DNA from: Parcubacteria group bacterium Gr01-1014_8
GTDB taxonomy: Bacteria > Patescibacteriota > Minisyncoccia > Phycocordibacterales > UBA2100
Assembly (NCBI GenBank): GCA_007376385.1
Contig: VMGC01000001.1
Location: forward strand, 256,001 to 320,000
Reading direction: 5' to 3'
Length of the DNA stretch: 64,000 bases
The first letter of the stretch is position 1. Every line of letters starts with the position of its first letter. Below, one piece after another: positions 28,804 to 37,454 of the stretch. Below the pieces are notes generated by a model that saw only the letters and a list, made by a program, of their open reading frames with translations, was not told where the DNA came from and ran no database searches. Position numbers and translations under genes: made by a program.

Positions 28804-29793
28804 ATGTTGGACAAAAAAACTATCGTCGTAACTGGAGGTTTAGGGCATATTGGCTCGCGCCTTATCCGTTCGTTCGGCTCCACTGTGAATGAGATACGGA
28901 TAGTTGATAACCTCGCAACACAGCGATACCCCTCACTCTTTGATTTGCCCGAAACACCGCGAGTCCGATTTTATGAGGAGGATATTCTGACGGCGAATCT
29001 CGGAGAGATTTTCAAAGGTGCTGATGTAGTGGTGCATCTCGCGGCGATTACGAATGCTGAAGCGACTGTCGGGAAAGAGGAAGAAACAGAGGCGGTGAAT
29101 TTTGAAGGCTTGAAACGCGTTGCTGACGCGTGCGAAAAGACAGGAGCCAAGCTCATTTTTCCCTCGACGACCAGTGTGTACGGCAGTCAGGAAGCAGTTG
29201 TCGACGAGACGTGCGCAGACCTTCAGCCTCAAAGCCCATATGCTGTCTCAAAATTGAAGGCAGAGGAATACCTGACGGGGAAGCGCGGAACGGGCTTAAA
29301 GTTCGTCACTCTCCGACTCGGTACAATATTCGGCTGGTCAGTGGGAATTCGTTTTCATACGGCAGTCAATAAATTTATCTGGCAGGCGGTGAACGGGAAG
29401 GAGATAACGGTCTGGAAGACAGCGTGGGAACAGAAGCGCCCATATCTCGATCTTGGTGACTGTGTCCGCGTATTTAATCATGTCATCGAGAGTGACCGAG
29501 CGTCGAGCGAGGAAATACTGAGCGCAGCAGCGCGAACGTACGATTTGTTCGACGGAGAGATATACAATGTCGTCACGAAGAATTTTACCGTGCGCGACGT
29601 TGTCGAAGGCATTCAGAAATTTGTTCCCTCGCTTCGCGTCAAATACGTTGATTCAAAGATAATGAACCAGCTGTCTTATGATGTAGTCGCCGACAAAATT
29701 GCAAGCAAAGGGTTTGTGCCAAAAGGAGACCTTAGTGTTGCGATAGGAGAGACAATCGATAAATTAAAAACGATTGTACGCACTTCAAATTAA
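28804..29793 (+). CDS. NAD-dependent nucleotide-sugar epimerase/dehydratase
   Basis: Start trimmed to MLDKKTIVVTGGLGHIGSRLI; extended SDR, YAVSKLKAE catalytic motif. Confidence 0.8.
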   Translation: MLDKKTIVVTGGLGHIGSRLIRSFGSTVNEIRIVDNLATQRYPSLFDLPETPRVRFYEEDILTANLGEIFKGADVVVHLAAITNAEATVGKEEETEAVNFEGLKRVADACEKTGAKLIFPSTTSVYGSQEAVVDETCADLQPQSPYAVSKLKAEEYLTGKRGTGLKFVTLRLGTIFGWSVGIRFHTAVNKFIWQAVNGKEITVWKTAWEQKRPYLDLGDCVRVFNHVIESDRASSEEILSAAARTYDLFDGEIYNVVTKNFTVRDVVEGIQKFVPSLRVKYVDSKIMNQLSYDVVADKIASKGFVPKGDLSVAIGETIDKLKTIVRTSN

Positions 29794-29796
29794 CGT

Positions 29797-30972
29797 ATGC
29801 GAATACCTCTCAAACCAGTCATCGATTTTGGGAGAATGCCAATCGCAAATGCTTTTCTTGCCCCTGGACAATTCGAGGGTGAATATTTTTTCGATATGGT
29901 GGTCGGGTACGATGCCGAAACCGATGCCATCGGATTAGTGAACACCGTTCCGCCGGAGAAAATGTTCCACGAGAACTACGCGTTCTTTTCATCCACTTCA
30001 AAAGGAATGCAAAAGCATTTTTGCGAGACTGCGGAAAAACTGAAACCTCTTGCCGGGAGCGGAATTGTGGTTGAGATGGGGAGTAACGATGGCATCATGT
30101 TGGATGCATGGAAAGATCTAGGCGTGCGGGCGATAGGGGTCGAGCCTTCTAAGAATGTTGCCGCGGCGGCGCGAGCGCGCGGCCACAAGGTCATAACAGA
30201 GTTCATGAGCGAAAAGGTGGCAGACGAAATACTTTCGAGTGGAGAAGTGTCGTTCGTGTTTGGCGCGAATGTCTCGTGCCATATCGAGGATATAGAAACG
30301 TATTTCAAAAGCATTGCGAAGCTCATAGGAAAAAAGGGCGTGTTCGTTTTTGAAGACCCGTATTTTCTCGATATCGTCGAAAAGACATCCTACGACCAAG
30401 TCTACGATGAGCACGTTTGGTATTTCACGATCTCGTTCATCAACAAAATGTTTGCACCTCTTGGATATCATGTTTTTGACTGCGAGCATGTTCTTGTGCA
30501 TGGGGGAGAGTTGCGCATGTATGTGGGGCACAAAGACACACATACCGTGAAGTCAGTCGTTGAGGAATGGCAGAAGAAAGAAACCGACCTCCCTCAAAAA
30601 CTTGAACTCCTAAAGGCGAATATTCTTCTATCGAAGAGTCGTATGCGGGAGCTCCTCGTTGGTCTCAAGAAAGACGGGAAGAGAATGTGCGGGTTTGGCG
30701 CATCCTCAAAAGGAGTCATCGTATGTAATTTTTGCGAGATAGGTCCTGATTTAATTCCTTTCATCACGGATAACACGCCCGCAAAGCAGGGAAAATACTA
30801 CCCAGGGGTTCATATACCGGTTCGTCCGCAGGAAGAATTCAAAGATGTTGATGTTGCGGTGCTTTTTGCGTGGAACCATCTTGTCGAGATAGAAAAACTG
30901 CCTCTTATTCAGGAATTTCGTAAGGCAGGAGGGAAATTGGTCACGCACGTACCTGAGCCACATCTTTTCTAG
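29797..30972 (+). CDS. NDP-hexose C-methyltransferase (TylCIII/NovU-like, C-methyltransferase C-terminal domain family)
   Basis: VIDFGRMPIANAFL N-terminal motif, SAM-binding GIVVEMGSNDG, C-terminal domain typical of deoxysugar C3-methyltransferases; 391 aa. Confidence 0.75.
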   Translation: MRIPLKPVIDFGRMPIANAFLAPGQFEGEYFFDMVVGYDAETDAIGLVNTVPPEKMFHENYAFFSSTSKGMQKHFCETAEKLKPLAGSGIVVEMGSNDGIMLDAWKDLGVRAIGVEPSKNVAAAARARGHKVITEFMSEKVADEILSSGEVSFVFGANVSCHIEDIETYFKSIAKLIGKKGVFVFEDPYFLDIVEKTSYDQVYDEHVWYFTISFINKMFAPLGYHVFDCEHVLVHGGELRMYVGHKDTHTVKSVVEEWQKKETDLPQKLELLKANILLSKSRMRELLVGLKKDGKRMCGFGASSKGVIVCNFCEIGPDLIPFITDNTPAKQGKYYPGVHIPVRPQEEFKDVDVAVLFAWNHLVEIEKLPLIQEFRKAGGKLVTHVPEPHLF

Positions 30973-30992
30973 AGGTACGCTATCATGGCTCT

Positions 30993-31721
30993 ATGACGAA
31001 GATTCTGGTTACGGGTGGTTCCGGTCTGCTCGGCGGACATATTCTCGCCCTCGAGTCTTCGCTCATTTCGCCATCTCATTCGGAGATGGATATCACTGAT
31101 AAGGCGAGCGTCGAAATGGCTTTTGATAAATATCAGCCTGATACAGTGCTTCATCTTGCCGCCGCGACGAAGCCCCCAGAACATGAGAAAACACCCGCGA
31201 TCGGTATTGAGAACAACATCATAGGGACAGCGAATGTCGCGCTCGCGGCACTGAAAAGAAACGTCCGAATGGTCTACACCTCAACCGACTACTTATATAG
31301 CGGGAAAGGACCGCATACAGAGAACGAGCCTATGCTCCCGCCGTATAAATTTGCGTGGTCAAAGCTTGGAGGAGAATCTTGTGTTGCGCTTTTGCCAAAC
31401 AGTTTGATCCTTCGTCTGTCGTTCGGTCCTAGGCCTTTTCCATGGGAGAAAGTGTACAAAGACCAATTGAATTCGAAATTGTATGTGGATGAGATAGCGC
31501 CGCTCGTGCTTGCTCTAGCTCAAGGCAGTGAAGTGGGTATTATGAACGTCGGCGGTCCCCGAAATACGCTCGAGGAATATGCGCGGCGTACCAAGCCCAA
31601 TATCGAAACGATTGAAAAGCCTGAATGGGTGCCAGCGGATACGAGCCTCGATATTTCACGTATGTGCGATGTTCTCGGCATTACAGATGCGCACACGCTT
31701 TTGAAACATTACATACTATGA
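30993..31721 (+). CDS. dTDP-4-dehydrorhamnose reductase-like (RmlD family)
   Basis: MTKILVTGGSGLLGGHI…; short SDR of RmlD type, 242 aa. Confidence 0.7.
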   Translation: MTKILVTGGSGLLGGHILALESSLISPSHSEMDITDKASVEMAFDKYQPDTVLHLAAATKPPEHEKTPAIGIENNIIGTANVALAALKRNVRMVYTSTDYLYSGKGPHTENEPMLPPYKFAWSKLGGESCVALLPNSLILRLSFGPRPFPWEKVYKDQLNSKLYVDEIAPLVLALAQGSEVGIMNVGGPRNTLEEYARRTKPNIETIEKPEWVPADTSLDISRMCDVLGITDAHTLLKHYIL

Positions 31722-32164
31722 TAGATGGCGTACACATAAAAAATATAGTTCGGCACAACGACGAGCGCGGCTATTTTGCGGAGCTGATGAAAAAAGGGGA
31801 GCCGGGTTACCACGAGATAGCGCAGACAAGTTACGCTCTGACACTGCCAGGAGTTATCAAAGCATTCCACTTTCATGATTACTCTGAAACGTGGGTCGTT
31901 GTTCGAGGGAGCGCGCAAATTGTTATGTACGATGGAAGGGAAAACTCCAAGACTAAGGGAGAGACACAGGTCATCGAAGCGGGGGAAGAAAACCCTATCG
32001 TGCTTTCCATTCCTCCTCGAGTTGCACACGGATACCGCGTGAGGGGAGATGAACCCGTTGGGATGCTCTATCATGCGGGGGAGGCGTATGATGCGGGGCG
32101 GAAGGACCAGATAGGCACTATTCCGTTTAACTCGCCGGATATTAATTTCGATTGGAATTCATAA
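31718..32164 (+). CDS. dTDP-4-dehydrorhamnose 3,5-epimerase-like cupin (RmlC family)
   Basis: Start trimmed to MIDGVHIKNIVRHNDERGYFAEL (ATGA overlap with upstream gene); conserved …FHFHD…VVVRGSAQIVMYDGRE… jelly-roll motifs. Confidence 0.75.
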   Translation: MIDGVHIKNIVRHNDERGYFAELMKKGEPGYHEIAQTSYALTLPGVIKAFHFHDYSETWVVVRGSAQIVMYDGRENSKTKGETQVIEAGEENPIVLSIPPRVAHGYRVRGDEPVGMLYHAGEAYDAGRKDQIGTIPFNSPDINFDWNS

Positions 32165-32168
32165 TATG

Positions 32169-32310
32169 CCCCGTAACGAAATGTGCCTTAGGCTTGGGCA
32201 ACGTATGAAAGCAAATCACCAAAAAGAACAAATCAACAAAGTCGGACTTTACCCGACCACGCCGCGGCAGCCGACAGGCGTCTGCCGCAAAGGCACATTT
32301 ACTAACGGGG
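32169..32310. repeat. Imperfect 21-nt inverted repeat (ccccgtaacgaaatgtgcctt … aaggcacatttactaacgggg) spanning the whole rmlC-fdtA intergenic region, with a nested GC-rich hairpin (gcggcag…ctgccgc); right arm ends 2 nt before the fdtA-like start codon
   Basis: Read directly from the sequence; 17/21 arm complementarity. Confidence 0.6.
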
Positions 32311-32311
32311 T

Positions 32312-32743
32312 ATGACAATTGAACTTCGAGTTAAAAATTCTGGTTTGGTGCCGCGCACTTATAAAGAAGAGGGGGAGAGAGGCTCTCTGTTCGCGGCAGA
32401 AGACCCGCATATTCCTTTTTCCATTCGCAGGATGTATGTCATCAGCGGCGTCGATAAAGGTGTGACGCGGGGCGACCATGCACATAAAAAAACGGATCAA
32501 GTGATGTTCGTCGTGCAAGGTGAACTCACGTTGCATTTAGATGATGGGGAGACGAAGCAATCCATCAGGCTTACGAGTCGGGATGAAGGCATCCGGCTTG
32601 CGCCAATGCTCTGGCACTATATGAGCGACTTTACGCCGGATTGTATGGCGCTTGTCGCCGCGAGTTTGCCGTACAATGAATCGGATTACATTCGCGATTA
32701 CGAGGAATTCAAAAAATATGCCCGCACACTAAATTTGCGCTAA
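32312..32743 (+). CDS. dTDP-4-keto-6-deoxyhexose 3,4-ketoisomerase (FdtA/QdtA/WxcM-like cupin)
   Basis: 143 aa; RMYVISGVDKGVTRGDHAHKKTDQVMFVVQGELTLHLDDG pattern of the FdtA family. Confidence 0.8.
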   Translation: MTIELRVKNSGLVPRTYKEEGERGSLFAAEDPHIPFSIRRMYVISGVDKGVTRGDHAHKKTDQVMFVVQGELTLHLDDGETKQSIRLTSRDEGIRLAPMLWHYMSDFTPDCMALVAASLPYNESDYIRDYEEFKKYARTLNLR

Positions 32744-32749
32744 GATTTT

Positions 32750-33016
32750 ATGCACTACGTTTACACTCTCCTCAGTACGAAAGATAAGAATCTTTATGTT
32801 GGGTGTACGAATAATCTTCGACGAAGACTTGCCGAACATGATGAAGGCGAATCCTTTGCTACTGCACCGCGCAGACCATTTAAGCTCGCGTATTATGAAG
32901 CTTACGTCGCTGAAGATGATGCATTGAGGCGAGAGAAAATGCTTAAGCTGCGCGGTCAAGCACGAAAACATCTTATGACTCGTTTAGTCGCAAGTCTTCG
33001 CCAAGCGCAGAATTAG
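32750..33016 (+). CDS. GIY-YIG domain protein (small stand-alone nuclease-like, UPF0213 type)
   Basis: MHYVYTLLSTKDKNLYVGCTNNLRRRLAEHDEG… GIY…YVG…R…EH motifs; 88 aa. Confidence 0.7.
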   Translation: MHYVYTLLSTKDKNLYVGCTNNLRRRLAEHDEGESFATAPRRPFKLAYYEAYVAEDDALRREKMLKLRGQARKHLMTRLVASLRQAQN

Positions 33017-33025
33017 TGTGCGGGT

Positions 33026-34126
33026 ATGTCCATTCCATTTAACGACCTTTCCCGCGCGGCACTTGAATCCGCTGAAGATTTGAAGGCAATAGTTGAGCGC
33101 GTGATTCTTTCGGGGCGATATGTGCTCGATAGTGAAGTGGCGGCGTTCGAAAAAGCTTTTGCATCATTCGTCGGTGTTCCGTATGCGGTTGGCGTAAATT
33201 CCGGAACAGACGCGATTTTTTTGGGGCTGCGCGCGCTCGATATAAAAAGCGGGGATGAAGTTGTGACGGTCGCAAACACGGCGACTGCGACGATAGCAGC
33301 GATACGCATGACCGGTGCAACGCCCGTGTTCACTGACATTGATACGAGCTATACCATGGATCCGAATGATCTGGAGAGACGTATCACGCCAAAGACAAAA
33401 GCCATTCTTCCCGTGCATTTATACGGATTTCCTGCGGACATGCATCGCATATCGAGTATCGCAAAAAAGCGTGGACTTCCTATTCTTGAAGATGCTGCGC
33501 AGGCGCACGGCGCAACTATAGGAGAGAGAACGGTGGGACGGTGGGGGGATATAGCGGCGTATAGTTTTTATCCGACGAAGAATCTCGGCGCACTTGGCGA
33601 TGCCGGTGCTATTGCCACGAATAACGAACATCTTGCAGAGCGTATGCGACGCCTGCGCGCGTACGGCGAGAAGGCACGCTATGAATCAGTTGAAGAGGGG
33701 GTGAACAGCCGCCTTGATGAGCTGCAAGCTGCCATTCTCACGTACTCGTTATCCCGTCTTCCAGTGCGCAATGCACGCCGGCGTCAGATAGCCGAGCAGT
33801 ATCTTATGTCAATCGATAATCCGGCCGTGACGCTTCCAAAACAAACCGAGGGGGAGAGGAAGGGCGTGTGGCACCTATTCGTTGTTGAAGTTGATTACCG
33901 GGAACATTTCATCGAACACATGACACAGGAGAAAATAGGGACGGCCATCCACTATCCGATGCCTGCTTATCGGCAGAAAGCATATTCGTTTCTCAACGTG
34001 AACCCAGCAGACTATCCGGTCACGGAGCGTACTGCTCCGCGCATTGTTTCTATTCCGCTGTTTCCCGAGTTGAAGGACGAAGAGGTTGACGCGATCATTG
34101 CTGCGGTGAATTCGTACGTTCGTTAG
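33026..34126 (+). CDS. DegT/DnrJ/EryC1/StrS family PLP-dependent sugar aminotransferase (FdtB-like)
   Basis: 366 aa; AVGVNSGTDAIFLGLRAL, SFYPTKNLGALGDAG with the PLP Lys present. Confidence 0.85.
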   Translation: MSIPFNDLSRAALESAEDLKAIVERVILSGRYVLDSEVAAFEKAFASFVGVPYAVGVNSGTDAIFLGLRALDIKSGDEVVTVANTATATIAAIRMTGATPVFTDIDTSYTMDPNDLERRITPKTKAILPVHLYGFPADMHRISSIAKKRGLPILEDAAQAHGATIGERTVGRWGDIAAYSFYPTKNLGALGDAGAIATNNEHLAERMRRLRAYGEKARYESVEEGVNSRLDELQAAILTYSLSRLPVRNARRRQIAEQYLMSIDNPAVTLPKQTEGERKGVWHLFVVEVDYREHFIEHMTQEKIGTAIHYPMPAYRQKAYSFLNVNPADYPVTERTAPRIVSIPLFPELKDEEVDAIIAAVNSYVR

Positions 34127-35091
34127 GAACCTCTGTAGAACTCGATGGTCTTTTTCAATCCTTCAGCAAAGGATGTGCGCGGCTTCCAGCCGAGCTGTTT
34201 TTTTGCCTTCGACGAATCGAGGGAGTAACGAACATCGTGTCCGGGTCTGTCAGTTACGTACGTTATCATACGCGAGGCTTTATGAAGCGCGCGAAGCAGT
34301 ATTGTAGTGAGTTTTATATTGGAAAGCTCTGTTGTTCCTCCGAGATTGTATATTTCTCCACTTTTGCCTTTGTGGAACGCGCTATTGATTCCCTCGACAT
34401 TATCTTCGACGTATATCCAATTGCGGATGTTTCTTCCGTTTCCGTAGAGCGGCACCTTTTTATTCGCTAACAGATGAGTGATAAAGAGCGGAATTATCTT
34501 TTCCTCATACTGAAAAGGCCCATAATTGTTCGAAGAGCGCGTGATAACAGTGTCAAGACCAAATGTTTTGTTGTACGCGCGCACGAGCATTTCCGCGCTC
34601 GCCTTTGATGCACTGTACGGACTATTCGGGAACAATCCGTCGTCCTCTTTCGATGAGCGGGCGTGTGGGGCGAGCGAGCCGTATACTTCATCAGTCGAAA
34701 TGTGATGAAAGCGCTTCAGTTGGTATTTTTTCGCCAGTATAAGCAGGTTGTGCGTGCCGATGACATTTGTTTCTATAAAAATGTCGGGGTTCGAAATGCT
34801 GACATCGACGTGGCTCTCGGCCGCAAAGTGAATGATGTGCGTTGGTCTGTATTTCTTGAAAATTCTTTCCATTGTTTTAAGGTCGCGGATGTCAGCTTTT
34901 TCGAACGTGTAATTCGATTCTGATTCGACCTGCACATTCTTAATTCTGCCGGCGTAGGTTAGGGCGTCGACATTGATGAAAAAATACTTCGGGTACTTTC
35001 GCACAGCCCAATTGAGATAATTACTGCCGATGAATCCCGCGCCACCGGTGACAAGAATGCGTTTTGCGAATTTATTTCTTGTGGCGGTCAT
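34123..35091 (-). CDS. rmlB: dTDP-glucose 4,6-dehydratase
   Basis: ILVTGGAGFIGSNYLNWAV…, YSASKASAE catalytic motif; 322 aa. Confidence 0.9.
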   Translation of the reverse strand: MTATRNKFAKRILVTGGAGFIGSNYLNWAVRKYPKYFFINVDALTYAGRIKNVQVESESNYTFEKADIRDLKTMERIFKKYRPTHIIHFAAESHVDVSISNPDIFIETNVIGTHNLLILAKKYQLKRFHHISTDEVYGSLAPHARSSKEDDGLFPNSPYSASKASAEMLVRAYNKTFGLDTVITRSSNNYGPFQYEEKIIPLFITHLLANKKVPLYGNGRNIRNWIYVEDNVEGINSAFHKGKSGEIYNLGGTTELSNIKLTTILLRALHKASRMITYVTDRPGHDVRYSLDSSKAKKQLGWKPRTSFAEGLKKTIEFYRGS

Positions 35092-35839
35092 GTTTCTTTT
35101 TTATGTGATGGGATACGTCTATGAGACTATCTATCGTGCCGATGTCGCTCCACTTCTTTTTTAGGTGTGTAGCTCGCAACTTGCCTTCCTTGATGTATTT
35201 GTTGTTGACGTATGTTATTTCGTATTCACCACGTGCAGACGGTTTTTGGTCCCTCATCTTTTCAAAGACCGTGTTGTCGTATAGGTAGATGCCCGCGACA
35301 GCGAGATCACTCTTTGGTTTTTTCGGCTTTTCTTCGATGCTAAGCACTTCGCCTTCCTTTCCCAAAGTCGCGATGCCAAATCGATGAGGGTCTGGGACTT
35401 TCTTCAAGAAAACCATTGCTCCTTCTGTGAAGTCTCGGATATGCGCGCTAAGGTCGTCTTCAAAATAATTGTCGCCGAGGAAAAGAATGCATGGCTCATC
35501 GCCGACGTAGTCGCGCGCAATATACAGTCCTTGAGCGATTCCTCCTGGTTCGTTTTGGATACCGTAGGCAATTTGTATCTGCGATTCGTCCGTATTACGT
35601 GGCTTCCAATGCTGACCACTGCCAAGCGTGCGGACGAAACTGTCGATATGGTCTGGCGAAGTAACGACCATGATGCGACTGATACCTGCTTCAACCAATT
35701 TTTCTATGGCGTGGTATATGACCGGCTTATCGTACAGGGGGAGGAGATGCTTGTTAGTCGCAAGGGTGAGGGGGCGGAGTCTTGTACCTGAGCCGCCGGC
35801 GAGGATAATAGCCTTCCGTATCTTCATAAGTTTTGCCAT
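35072..35839 (-). CDS. rmlA: Glucose-1-phosphate thymidylyltransferase
   Basis: AIILAGGSGTRLRPLTLATNKHLLPLYDKPVIYHAIEKLVEAGI; overlaps rmlB start by 20 nt. Confidence 0.9.
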   Translation of the reverse strand: MAKLMKIRKAIILAGGSGTRLRPLTLATNKHLLPLYDKPVIYHAIEKLVEAGISRIMVVTSPDHIDSFVRTLGSGQHWKPRNTDESQIQIAYGIQNEPGGIAQGLYIARDYVGDEPCILFLGDNYFEDDLSAHIRDFTEGAMVFLKKVPDPHRFGIATLGKEGEVLSIEEKPKKPKSDLAVAGIYLYDNTVFEKMRDQKPSARGEYEITYVNNKYIKEGKLRATHLKKKWSDIGTIDSLIDVSHHIKKKHDRHKK

Positions 35840-35879
35840 TCTTGCATAAATGTCGTGTAATGTAAAAGGAGGCTCGCTA

Positions 35880-35982
35880 GGGGCGAAACAGCGTTCTTCC
35901 GGGTACGTAATTTTTCTGCTGAAAAATTACTCGGGCTTCACGCCGTCGCGTTGCAGAGCCCCTACAGAACGCTGTTTCGCCC
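35880..35982. promoter_or_regulatory. Long structured element in the rmlA/methyltransferase divergent intergenic region: 17-bp perfect inverted repeat (gggcgaaacagcgttct … agaacgctgtttcgccc) enclosing a 10-bp A/T-rich hairpin (gtaatttttc tgct gaaaaattac)
   Basis: Read directly from the sequence; lies 40 nt upstream of the rmlA start (minus strand) and ~90 nt upstream of the methyltransferase start. Confidence 0.55.
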
Positions 35983-36068
35983 TACGCTCGCAGGGGTGGA
36001 GGAGGAGATTTTTTTGTGTGCGACGCGTTGAATGTTCCAACCATCGTATCCCTGTTATACTCGCAACG

Positions 36069-36620
36069 ATGAAATACACGGAGCCCGACATCGATACGGC
36101 GTACCATACGAGTACCATCGGGAAATCGCTCTACGACCAAGTTCTTCTGCATAAACCGAAGAAAATCGTGGAAATAGGCACCCTCCACGGATACACGACT
36201 GCCATTATGGCGATGGCGCTCGATGAGTTAGGCGGGGGGCATATCAATGCATACGATTTATTTGAGGAGTATCCGTACAAGCACCCGACGTATGATGGCA
36301 CGATGGCAAATATCGGGAAGTACGGACTCTCAAAATACGTCACTCTCGCAAAAAAGGGTCTCGACGAATGGCTTGCTGCGCCCGAAGATTTTGATCTCAT
36401 GTATGTAGACGTATCAAATACGGGCGACACGATTGATGCGGTATATGCTGGTGTGAAAGATAAAATTGAAAAAGGTGCCGTTGTGCTTTTTGAGGGCGGT
36501 TCGAATGACCGGGATAAAGTTGAGTGGATATCAAAGTACAATAAGAGGCCCATCGGAGATGCAAAGGCGCCATTCAAAGTTATTGATGAGAATTTTCCTT
36601 CGCTTTCGATGCTAGGATAA
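36069..36620 (+). CDS. Class I SAM-dependent methyltransferase (O-methyltransferase family 3-like)
   Basis: ORF 35850..36620 trimmed to MKYTEPDIDTAY…; KIVEIGTLHGYTTAIMAMAL SAM motif, DLMYVD motif. Confidence 0.6.
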   Translation: MKYTEPDIDTAYHTSTIGKSLYDQVLLHKPKKIVEIGTLHGYTTAIMAMALDELGGGHINAYDLFEEYPYKHPTYDGTMANIGKYGLSKYVTLAKKGLDEWLAAPEDFDLMYVDVSNTGDTIDAVYAGVKDKIEKGAVVLFEGGSNDRDKVEWISKYNKRPIGDAKAPFKVIDENFPSLSMLG

Positions 36621-36626
36621 AACGGT

Positions 36627-37454
36627 ATGACAAAACGGCTTGCGGTAGTTGCTGGCGGATGGCATTTCCCCTTAGGTTTTTATGAAGCGATGTCTCGTCA
36701 GCAAATACCTGAAGGCTGGGAAGTTGAGTTTTTTTGCGTCTCTCATCGCGACCCGAAGCATTCTAAAGAGGAGAAAGAAGAAATCCTAGCAAACCTCGGT
36801 TGGAGTCATCGCGAAGCACTCGACCGGGTTCTCTACAAGGATTTTGCAACTATCGAATCAATGAGCGCGCTTGGGTGGAAGTACAAGGAATATCCGAACA
36901 CGATAGGCGATTGGGGCATGTCGAATCAATGGCTCGGGGAACATGATTACAAAGGGTACGAAATGTTTCTTTTTACGCACGACGATAATTTGATACTTAC
37001 CGATAAAATGCTCGTGGAAGTTTTGCAGGATACAAAAGACTGGCTCGTACTCTCGAACTCAACAGGCAATTCTCAGCGTCGTTTGCGGCAATGGCTAAGG
37101 CTACCGAAGAAATTGCATTTGCGCGGGTCATTCGAATTCTTCAGACACGAGATGCTCGATAAGATGGGAGGGAAATTTGACCTTTCGGAAACGACGCTTA
37201 CGCGCGAGGGTACGGTAGATACGCCGGGAAAATTCACGGCTCTTTCTGATTGGGGAACTACTGTTTTTCCGCTCGAGAAACTTATTGCACGAGAAAATCT
37301 TCAATCACGAATTCATTTTCTTTCGCAGTATTATCGAATGAGTAAATACTGTCTTGAAGGCGAGCGCGGGTTCATTCACAGCACTCACTTCTCAAATACC
37401 GCAGAAGAGGAGAAGGGGCTTAGAAGCATCGCAGCAGGACAAAAAGCCGCATGA
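36627..37454 (+). CDS. Hypothetical protein (275 aa) within the glycan locus
   Basis: No recognisable family; possible DxD-like HDDN. Confidence 0.5.
   Translation: MTKRLAVVAGGWHFPLGFYEAMSRQQIPEGWEVEFFCVSHRDPKHSKEEKEEILANLGWSHREALDRVLYKDFATIESMSALGWKYKEYPNTIGDWGMSNQWLGEHDYKGYEMFLFTHDDNLILTDKMLVEVLQDTKDWLVLSNSTGNSQRRLRQWLRLPKKLHLRGSFEFFRHEMLDKMGGKFDLSETTLTREGTVDTPGKFTALSDWGTTVFPLEKLIARENLQSRIHFLSQYYRMSKYCLEGERGFIHSTHFSNTAEEEKGLRSIAAGQKAA

Noticed and set aside
35850-36068. N-terminal 73-codon extension of the methyltransferase ORF
   Set aside because: The extension runs through the nested perfect hairpins and yields Arg/Cys-rich nonsense. The methyltransferase fold begins at the internal Met 36069.
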